From positions 30,836 to 73,918 of the forward strand of contig DBEA01000016.1 of assembly GCA_002293845.1 (NCBI GenBank): a stretch of DNA of 43,083 nucleotides, given 5' to 3'. Below the pieces are notes generated by a model, which searched no databases, was not told where the DNA came from, and saw only the letters and a program-made list of their open reading frames with translations. The position numbers and the translations under genes were made by a program. This stretch comes from Patescibacteria group bacterium UBA918. GTDB lineage: Bacteria > Patescibacteriota > Minisyncoccia > Phycocordibacterales > UBA918. Below, one piece after another: positions 8,967-16,016 of this stretch (its first letter is position 1; every line of letters begins with the position of its first letter).

Positions 8967-9818
8967 ATGACGAGATTCAATCCTCGAATCGTGGTGGCGT
9001 TCGCGCTTGGCTTGGTCTTGGTCGGCGGTTCTTTCGTGATGACCCGTGATCGAGATCCAAAGGAACCGGCGTCGATAGTGAAATCCGGAGAGACCGCTGG
9101 ATCAGATCGAGGTAGAGGTTTCATACCCGTTGACGATGCCGATGATGATGGCCTCCCGGACTGGCAAAACACCTTCGATATCGCCACCGTCTACGTTGAC
9201 GACACGACCGAGGACACGCTATCGGTGACCGGGGCTTTGGCCGTAGAACTAGCCAGCTCGCTAGGCACGGGGCAGGCGGGAGCGAACCTCGCCATGCCCA
9301 GTATCGGCGCACTAGTGGTTCGAGAGATGGTGGACAAAGACTACACTTCCGCCGACATACTCATCGGCAACGACGATAGTTATGCCGCCAAGAAAGCCTA
9401 TGGAAATCGTGTGGCCCAGATCGCTATCGAAAACGCGCCTCCTAAAGATACGGAAGGGGAGTTAGTGATTTTGAACCGCGCCTTGTTACGAGACGATCCA
9501 ACGGTGCTGATCGGACTCGATCCGACCATCCGTGCCTATGAAAAAATGTTAAGCGAGATGCTGAAGACTCCGGTGCCGCCATCGCTGGAGCGAGAACACC
9601 TCTCTCTCATCAACGTCTACCAGGCGATTCTCAACGATATCAAATCCTTCCGTCTCACTTTTGAAGACGCTTTGCCGGCCATGGCCCGTTTCCGCCGCTA
9701 TCAAGCCGACGCCGAAGCTTTATACACGGCCATCGTACTTTTGTACCAAAAGCTAGACGCCGAGGGGATACAATGGACTGATCAGGACCCGGCATCGAAA
9801 TTGATAAAAGTAGGCTGA
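8967..9818 (+). CDS. hypothetical membrane-anchored protein with a DxDxDG calcium-binding-like motif
   Basis: I prefer ATG 8967 over TTG 8955 because of the overlapping -10 box. N-terminal TM helix (IVVAFALGLVLVGGSFVM). Motif 'DDADDDGLPDWQ' at 9132-9179. Confidence 0.6.
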   Translation: MTRFNPRIVVAFALGLVLVGGSFVMTRDRDPKEPASIVKSGETAGSDRGRGFIPVDDADDDGLPDWQNTFDIATVYVDDTTEDTLSVTGALAVELASSLGTGQAGANLAMPSIGALVVREMVDKDYTSADILIGNDDSYAAKKAYGNRVAQIAIENAPPKDTEGELVILNRALLRDDPTVLIGLDPTIRAYEKMLSEMLKTPVPPSLEREHLSLINVYQAILNDIKSFRLTFEDALPAMARFRRYQADAEALYTAIVLLYQKLDAEGIQWTDQDPASKLIKVG

Positions 9819-9819
9819 T

Positions 9820-11355
9820 ATGAGATTTAAAGTCACCATTACGACCTTGTTGATGACACTGACCTTTTCCGGGTCGCTCCTGTTAAGCGCGCCCTCAAAG
9901 GCCGAAGCACAGCTAGGCGGACTTCTCGGAGGAATAGCTGGTCTACTCGGTGGCGGGGAACCAGTCCGTATCGTCAGCGATGTTTCGGAAACTACTATCG
10001 CTAACACACTAAAAACTGCCCTGATTGAGTTATCAAACGCCTTTATCGGCGGCGAAATATCGTCGATCAACCTCAAGGAAACCGTCCTCGACCCGATAGC
10101 TTGGAACATGGCCAAACAGCTCCAACAACAACTCACAGGAAATCTTTTAAAGTGGCTGGGGGGCCAGCTACCGGGACAAAATGGTCAAGCAGCTTTCATC
10201 CAAAATTACGGCAAGTACTACGCCCAACTGTCGGACGCGGTAGCGGGCGAATTCATCTTTGGAGATCAAGTCAGTGGTTTATGCTCGCCGGAGGAGGACC
10301 ACCAGATCAAAGTACAAGTGTACGAATCTTTCGTCCAACAACGTAAGGAGGAAGAAGGAGCGATCTTTCAATGCTCTGATGAAAAAAACACCGGGCCAGA
10401 GAGTAGCGACCTAGACCAGATGTTCTTCGGTATCATGAGTTGTAGCGACGCCAATTGCGCTGGTTTCAAGGCTGAATATAAGCTATCCGTCAAACAACTA
10501 AACGCCTTTGCGAACGAGAAGCAAGTGCTCGATTATTCACGCGGCATGAGGACCCAGAAGATCTGCCAAACCGTCGCGGGTAGCGGTGGGACCGGCACCA
10601 GCACGGAGTGTGGCCTGGTCAGTCCGGCCTTTCTTTCAGCCGATACCACTTCCTTTATGTTGGCTCAGATGCCCGGGTTGCAACTCCTCGAAATGGACGA
10701 GTTCAACGAAATCGTATCGAACCTGATGTCGAACCTGACCAATCAAGCGCTTACGGGTCTTACTGGTGTCTTAGGACTGTCCGGCAATCCGACCTACAGT
10801 CGCAATGTCTTCGGTGAGGGAGGCAACCTGTCCTATGTCGACGCTCTTATTGCCGACGATATAACCAGTTACCAAACAGCGACCGGTAACCCTATAAGGG
10901 AAGCTTTGAACGTGGAAAAAGAATACGAAGCAATGCAGAAGGAAATAGCTGCTGAGCTCAAGGTAATCGAAGACAAATTAACGGCCGACACTGCCGAGTT
11001 TGCCGGCTGTTTCGATCTCGAACTGACTCCTGAACTCGAAGAGGCCAAAGCCAACAACGCCACCGGTCTCGCTATCGCTTCCACCTCTATCGCCATCCTG
11101 ACGACACTCGATGCGCAATACGCCAGCTCGACCTCTGCCAGCGCCAAAGGCGCGGTCATGAGTACTTTCATCAGCTACAAGAACCAGGGGCTATTCCGTA
11201 CCGACTACGACAATCAACAGTTTAAGGTAACCTATCTCGACTACACCTTCGCGGAAATGACCGACAAATTCAGGTATGATATAGCGGTAGAAAGACAATC
11301 ATGCGGCGGCGAGTTCGATTACGAGGGAGTCTTGAATCCGCCCGACGACGCCTAG
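9820..11355 (+). CDS. hypothetical secreted Cys-rich protein (T4SS-like operon)
   Basis: 511 aa. Signal peptide ending 'SAPSKAEAQ', about 10 Cys, coiled-coil-like segment. Starts 1 nt after the upstream stop. Confidence 0.6.
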   Translation: MRFKVTITTLLMTLTFSGSLLLSAPSKAEAQLGGLLGGIAGLLGGGEPVRIVSDVSETTIANTLKTALIELSNAFIGGEISSINLKETVLDPIAWNMAKQLQQQLTGNLLKWLGGQLPGQNGQAAFIQNYGKYYAQLSDAVAGEFIFGDQVSGLCSPEEDHQIKVQVYESFVQQRKEEEGAIFQCSDEKNTGPESSDLDQMFFGIMSCSDANCAGFKAEYKLSVKQLNAFANEKQVLDYSRGMRTQKICQTVAGSGGTGTSTECGLVSPAFLSADTTSFMLAQMPGLQLLEMDEFNEIVSNLMSNLTNQALTGLTGVLGLSGNPTYSRNVFGEGGNLSYVDALIADDITSYQTATGNPIREALNVEKEYEAMQKEIAAELKVIEDKLTADTAEFAGCFDLELTPELEEAKANNATGLAIASTSIAILTTLDAQYASSTSASAKGAVMSTFISYKNQGLFRTDYDNQQFKVTYLDYTFAEMTDKFRYDIAVERQSCGGEFDYEGVLNPPDDA

Positions 11356-11375
11356 TGCCAGCGGGGGTAAAAATC

Positions 11376-13544
11376 ATGGGAGTTTTAAATAGAAAAACGA
11401 TAACGACAGTGCTCATCGTCATGCTCAGCGCGGTGATGTTTTTCTTTTGGACCAACACACCGGCTAGAGCACAGGACGGCAGTGTAGCCGAACAAATGCA
11501 ATCCCAGGTGCAGCAGGCGACCCAGAAAACCCAAACGGCTCCGACATCTCCGACCCCTGATGACGACTACGGTATCGGCACCGTCGCGGAAAGTCTCAAG
11601 TTAGACGGAATAAACTACTACCTGTTCGTTATCATTGCCGGCATCGGTTCATTGATAGCTTGGCTCGGCGGTATTCTTTTCGACCTTTCTCTAAGCGCCT
11701 TCACGGCCAATATGGCCCCGCTAGTTGAAGAATTGGGATTACAGATAGCTATAGGTGAGATGTGGACCATCGTCAGAGACATCTTCAATCTCCTGTTCAT
11801 CTTCGGTCTTATCTACGCCGGATTCAGGATCATCCTCGACGCCAACGATTCGTCTTCAAAAAAGACCATCGGCACCATAGTGATAGCGGCACTCATCATA
11901 AACTTCAGTTTATATTTCACCCAAATAGTGATCGACTTCACCAACGTGGCGGCGTATCAGATACACCAGATGATAGTCGGAAACAATTCGACCCAAAAGC
12001 ATTTCGGATCTATACCCGTGCCCAGTACCTCCAGCCAGTTCTATCTTCTCTCGGGTCTAAACGAACAAAGGAGTGGCGGCGGCGATTCCATCAAAAACGA
12101 GATCGGGGCTGTAGCGGGAGGCAAACAGCCTTCGGACTCAAGCAGTCCGATCGGGGCCATCGCGCTCGGATTCATATTTTTGATATTCTATTCCTTACTC
12201 GGTTTCGTGTTCATTGCGGCCGCCGCGATGCTTATCACCCGCTTTTTCGCTCTCATTTTCTGGATGATCTTTTCGCCGATATTGCTTTTAGGACTGGTTT
12301 TGCCAAAGATGCAGTCACAGAGCGACAAGTGGCTGAAGCAATTTTTCAACCAGGCATTAGTAGGGCCGGTATTGGTCTTTATGATCTACCTTTCACTTCG
12401 CGCTCTTCAGGGATTGGGGGGCAGCGGTCGCGAACCTGGTCTCATGGCCACCATCATCTATTTGATGGTGGTTATAGCCTTTTTAGCGGCTTCGCTTAAG
12501 GTAGCTAAATCCTTCGGCGCCTATGGCGCCGACCGGGCAATGAGTATCGGAAACGGAATAAGGGGAAGCGTACAGGGGTTTGTGGGCAGAAATACTTTGG
12601 GACGAATGGGAGATGCTTATAATCGCCGCCTGGAAGAGCGCGGGGTATCCGATAAAAGTTGGCGACGTGGTATTGCTTCTTCCTTAGCTGGCTCTAAATA
12701 CGGCAGTTCATACTCTAGAGAGACAGCAAGGAGTTCCGATGAAAAAGCAGCACAAAAGCGAGCCCGCTATGACCAAATACATGGGGCCCCAATTAGAGTT
12801 CCCGGTACAAGTAAGGCTATACCTTTCACACGCGGAAAAGGAAAAGACCGGCAAGGAATCGTGCAAAATATTGCCGCTGGCGGCATAGACATGGAAAAGG
12901 CAATTTCTGGTGCTTCTAATGAGCAAATCCTGGAGTTACTTGGTCAATACAAGCCCGGTACCGACGAGTATACCAAGTTGGTTGCAAACATGAGTGCCAG
13001 TCAATACGAAGCGGTTATGAAAGCCAAGCCCGAAGAGATGGACGACGGGGCTAAAGCCAAACTAAGCGCACAAAGAAAGACTGCGGTTGAAACATATCTA
13101 AACAAAAACGGAGGCTCTTTGGTTCAAAACATCAAGAACGCTAGCGATGCTCAACTGAAAGTCATCGGCGCAGAAGATATCGCTAAACATGCAGCTGACC
13201 TTAAACAGTCACAGTTTGACGACATTATGAAGAGTAAAGAGTACACTGAGACTGAGAAAAGCAATATTCGTACGGCGAGAGAGACCGAGTTGGATAATAG
13301 GTTCCAATTGAACCCTGCCACATTCTTTACAGGACGCAAAGACAAGGACGTTGCAAAACTCCCTAAGAAAATATTGGTCGACAGCAAAGCTGCACCTTAT
13401 ATCACCGGTGCGGCCTTAAAACAAATCCTTCATGAAGATACACTAGAACCTGCTGACCGCGTTACCGTCAGAGCCAATGTCACAGCTACGGGTAACGCGG
13501 CGGCTAAAAAATGGCTTATTACTCCCGAGGGGCGGCTTTTCTAA
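11376..13544 (+). CDS. VirB6/TrbL-like polytopic membrane protein with a long hydrophilic C-terminal extension
   Basis: Start at ATG 11376 (MGVLNRK...). At least 6 hydrophobic helices between about aa 100 and 400, then a ~330-aa Lys/Glu-rich tail. The TrbL/VirB6 assignment rests on topology and gene context. Confidence 0.6.
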   Translation: MGVLNRKTITTVLIVMLSAVMFFFWTNTPARAQDGSVAEQMQSQVQQATQKTQTAPTSPTPDDDYGIGTVAESLKLDGINYYLFVIIAGIGSLIAWLGGILFDLSLSAFTANMAPLVEELGLQIAIGEMWTIVRDIFNLLFIFGLIYAGFRIILDANDSSSKKTIGTIVIAALIINFSLYFTQIVIDFTNVAAYQIHQMIVGNNSTQKHFGSIPVPSTSSQFYLLSGLNEQRSGGGDSIKNEIGAVAGGKQPSDSSSPIGAIALGFIFLIFYSLLGFVFIAAAAMLITRFFALIFWMIFSPILLLGLVLPKMQSQSDKWLKQFFNQALVGPVLVFMIYLSLRALQGLGGSGREPGLMATIIYLMVVIAFLAASLKVAKSFGAYGADRAMSIGNGIRGSVQGFVGRNTLGRMGDAYNRRLEERGVSDKSWRRGIASSLAGSKYGSSYSRETARSSDEKAAQKRARYDQIHGAPIRVPGTSKAIPFTRGKGKDRQGIVQNIAAGGIDMEKAISGASNEQILELLGQYKPGTDEYTKLVANMSASQYEAVMKAKPEEMDDGAKAKLSAQRKTAVETYLNKNGGSLVQNIKNASDAQLKVIGAEDIAKHAADLKQSQFDDIMKSKEYTETEKSNIRTARETELDNRFQLNPATFFTGRKDKDVAKLPKKILVDSKAAPYITGAALKQILHEDTLEPADRVTVRANVTATGNAAAKKWLITPEGRLF

Positions 13545-13555
13545 GATGGCAAAAT

Positions 13556-14116
13556 ATGGATAGTGTATTAGATAAAAAAAGCAGACTGGAGCTATTGAAA
13601 AAGGCACCGATTGAAGTACAAGAAATGTACGGCAATGAGGATTTAGGTGACACTCTCTTATCTTTGGCCAATGTGTTAAATATGAACGCGGATTCAGCAT
13701 ACGATAACTTGGCCTTGACCGTGGGTGACGTCATTTTACGTCTGTATAAAAAAAGTTTATTGCCACAGGTATTAAAAGACCGATTAGGCCTCAACGAGAA
13801 CCAAATAACTATTGTTGTGGATGCTCTGTCTCCTTTCTTGGAAAGAATACCGGAATTACCATCTACGCCGGAACCCGTGCCAGCGATTCCGCCAACATCA
13901 ACAACTGCACCTAACATTGAAGATGCGGCGAATAAGATGGTGCCGCCAAATGCATTGAATCTAGCTCCCCTAGCCGCGGTCAAACCCATGCGCACTTACT
14001 CCGACGACGTCAACATGAGCCGCGCTCACAGCTACGGCGCCTTCAGACCACAAGCAGAAGACGATACGGACGAGCCGACACACAGCAGTAGCCAGGACGA
14101 CTTGATGAGAAAATAG
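13556..14116 (+). CDS. hypothetical soluble protein (T4SS-like operon)
   Basis: ATG at 13556 (MDSVLDKK...), 12 nt after the upstream stop. No TM helix, P/T-rich centre. No family recognised. Confidence 0.5.
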   Translation: MDSVLDKKSRLELLKKAPIEVQEMYGNEDLGDTLLSLANVLNMNADSAYDNLALTVGDVILRLYKKSLLPQVLKDRLGLNENQITIVVDALSPFLERIPELPSTPEPVPAIPPTSTTAPNIEDAANKMVPPNALNLAPLAAVKPMRTYSDDVNMSRAHSYGAFRPQAEDDTDEPTHSSSQDDLMRK

Positions 14117-14518
14117 AAATTAGAGAGTAGAAAGTAGTAGTAATGAGCCAAACTAAGTCATTTAAAGACCTGATCGTATGGCAGAAAGCCAAGGCTTTAG
14201 CCATAATGATCTACAAAATTACCGATGACTTTCCAAAATCAGAGCAATTCGGATTATCGAGCCAAATGCGACGATCAGCGGTTTCAATATCATCCAATAT
14301 CGCTGAAGGATACAGGCGTTTTCACGCCAAAGAAAAACGTCAATTCACCAGTACAGCATTCGGGTCCGGTGCCGAACTTGAAAGCCAGCTAGAGATAGCT
14401 AAAGAGATTTACAGGGAATGTTCCTATCAGGAGGCGGAGGATTTGCTTGCTGATATAATGAAGATACTGAACAGTTTCTTATCGAAGTCATGAGTCCACT
14501 TCTACTCTCTACTTTCTA
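14114..14518 (+). repeat. inverted-repeat-bounded cassette 1 (arms 14114-14132 and 14500-14518)
   Basis: Hand pairing gives 18 Watson-Crick pairs in 19 positions. The 5' arm is C-free and includes the upstream TAG stop. The 3' arm is G-free. Confidence 0.75.
14143..14493 (+). CDS. four-helix-bundle protein (23S rRNA intervening-sequence protein / Avd-like family)
   Basis: 116 aa with 'FKDLIVWQKAKALA...', 'SQMRRSAVSISSNIAEGY' and 'GSGAELESQLEIAKE', the hallmark pattern of this family. Confidence 0.9.
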   Translation: MSQTKSFKDLIVWQKAKALAIMIYKITDDFPKSEQFGLSSQMRRSAVSISSNIAEGYRRFHAKEKRQFTSTAFGSGAELESQLEIAKEIYRECSYQEAEDLLADIMKILNSFLSKS

Positions 14519-14539
14519 ACTTACTACTTACTAAATCAT

Positions 14540-14950
14540 ATGAGATTCGAAGTTCCGCAATTCATCGAGATCGAGGATAAGATATTCGGTCCTTTGACCT
14601 GGAAGCAATTCGTGTACGTCGCCGGGGGAGCGGGGGTAGCGGCCGTGCTTTTCTTTTTCACTCCGTTCATAGTGTTTTTGATACTAGGTCTGCCGGTCGC
14701 CGCCTTTACCTTCATCCTGTCTTTCTATCCGGTCAATAATCGACCCTTTTCCATATTCTTAGAGGCCGCGGTCCGATATTTCAAGGGCACGAAATTATAC
14801 CTATGGCGCAAACGGGGAAGTGGCGTATATAGCCAGCAACAAGCCGAAGAAGCGACCGCTCCGGTATACATGCCGCCCAACGACACTGGCCATATCGCCT
14901 CGCTCTCGCGCCGATTGGAAATGAAAGCTATCCAGAAAGAAAACATCTAG
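14540..14950 (+). CDS. PrgI-family (VirB3-like) membrane protein
   Basis: 136 aa. 'VPQFIEIEDKIFGPLTWKQFVYVAGGAG' followed by two TM helices, the typical PrgI pattern. Confidence 0.85.
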   Translation: MRFEVPQFIEIEDKIFGPLTWKQFVYVAGGAGVAAVLFFFTPFIVFLILGLPVAAFTFILSFYPVNNRPFSIFLEAAVRYFKGTKLYLWRKRGSGVYSQQQAEEATAPVYMPPNDTGHIASLSRRLEMKAIQKENI

Positions 14951-14980
14951 TCGCCTGAGCAAGGTGTTATCATACTGGTG

Positions 14981-15619
14981 ATGCCGGCTCAGAAAAACAC
15001 CACGCAGACATTCGTACCGTTGCGTGACATCAAAGACAACGTCGTGATCCTCAAAAATGGCCAGATGAACATGGTCATGTTGGCTTCGTCGATCAACTTC
15101 GCGCTCAAGTCGATCGACGAGCAAGAAGCGATCCTGAGACAATTCCAATCTTTCCTCAACACCATCGATTTTTCGATCCAATTTTACGTACAATCGCGAC
15201 GCCTCAACATCAGGCCATATCTGGAACTACTGCAAAGCCGCGAAGAGAAACAGGACAACGATCTGATGAAGATCCAACTCCGCGAATATATGCAGTTCGT
15301 AAAAACTTTCACAGCCGAGGTCGATGTCATGAGCAAGAGCTTTTTCATAGTCGTACCTTATACACCGACCGCAGCGAACATTCAGAACAGCTTGGAGAGT
15401 TTCAAGAACGTCATAGGTAGCAAAAAAGAAGTGTACTTCGACGACAAGAATTTCACGGAGCACAAACTCCAGCTGGAGCAAAGGGTATCCTTGGTCGAGC
15501 AGGGTCTTTCGAGCATCGGCGTACGAACTATACTTCTCCAAAATGAGGAGTTGGTGGAGTTGTATTATCATATATTCAATCCGGGCGAGGCCGGCAACGT
15601 GGCGCCGAGTAGTAAGTAG
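14981..15619 (+). CDS. VirB4 N-terminal-domain-like protein (no ATPase domain)
   Basis: ATG at 14981 (GTG at 14978 is also possible). 'FVPLRDIKDNVVILKNGQMNMVMLASSINFALKSIDEQEAILRQFQSFLNTIDFSIQFYVQS' resembles the N-terminal domain of monoderm VirB4/TrsE-type ATPases, judged from memory. Confidence 0.5.
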   Translation: MPAQKNTTQTFVPLRDIKDNVVILKNGQMNMVMLASSINFALKSIDEQEAILRQFQSFLNTIDFSIQFYVQSRRLNIRPYLELLQSREEKQDNDLMKIQLREYMQFVKTFTAEVDVMSKSFFIVVPYTPTAANIQNSLESFKNVIGSKKEVYFDDKNFTEHKLQLEQRVSLVEQGLSSIGVRTILLQNEELVELYYHIFNPGEAGNVAPSSK

Positions 15620-16011
15620 TTTTTAGTTGTCAGTTTTTAGTGAATAGTGAATAAAATCAACTCTTTTAAAGACCTAACCGTGTGGCAAAAGTCATTTGAT
15701 TTGGTCCTCAATGTCTACAAATTAACCGACGGTCTACCAAAGATCGAGCTGTACGGCCTATCTGACCAAATGAAACGATCGGCAACTTCTATCCCCTCTA
15801 ACATCGCTGAGGGTTCAAAACGCGGGTCAAGAAAAGATTTCAAGCAATTCGTCAGAGTTGCCTACGGGTCATCTGCGGAATTGGAAACTCAATTGCTGTT
15901 AGCCAAAGAGTTGTATAATGTCGATATATCGAATCTGATATCAAACCTTAGCGATATACAAAAAATGTTATCGGGGCTTATCAAAAAACTAAGCACTGAC
16001 AACTAAAAACT
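15618..16011 (+). repeat. inverted-repeat-bounded cassette 2 (arms 15618-15641 and 15988-16011)
   Basis: Of 24 positions, 22 are Watson-Crick pairs, 1 is G-U and 1 is a mismatch. The core is a perfect 17-mer, agtttttagttgtcagt/actgacaactaaaaact. The 3' arm overlaps the last HB codons and the stop. Confidence 0.8.
15647..16006 (+). CDS. four-helix-bundle protein (23S rRNA IVS protein / Avd-like family), second copy
   Basis: 119 aa with a GTG start. 'FKDLTVWQKSFDL', 'DQMKRSATSIPSNIAEGS', 'GSSAELETQLLLAKE'. Roughly half of the residues are identical to the first copy by eye. Confidence 0.9.
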   Translation: MNKINSFKDLTVWQKSFDLVLNVYKLTDGLPKIELYGLSDQMKRSATSIPSNIAEGSKRGSRKDFKQFVRVAYGSSAELETQLLLAKELYNVDISNLISNLSDIQKMLSGLIKKLSTDN

Positions 16012-16016
16012 TCTCT

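Noticed and set aside
8459-9187. A 242-aa minus-strand ORF. Similar long antisense ORFs occur at 11762-12499 (+), 34738-35316 (-), 37889-38434 (-), 4739-5131 (-), 5125-5691 (+) and 32064-32879 (+).
   Set aside because: All overlap strongly supported genes in other frames or on the other strand. They are Arg/Ser/Pro-rich, as expected from off-frame translation, and have no family resemblance.
14143-16006. Two Avd-like four-helix-bundle genes suggested a diversity-generating retroelement (DGR).
   Set aside because: No reverse transcriptase ORF is recognisable anywhere in the window. Only 46 nt and 10 nt follow the HB genes, leaving no room for a template repeat. I saw no long near-identical TR/VR pair with A-specific differences. 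The inverted-repeat cassette interpretation fits better.
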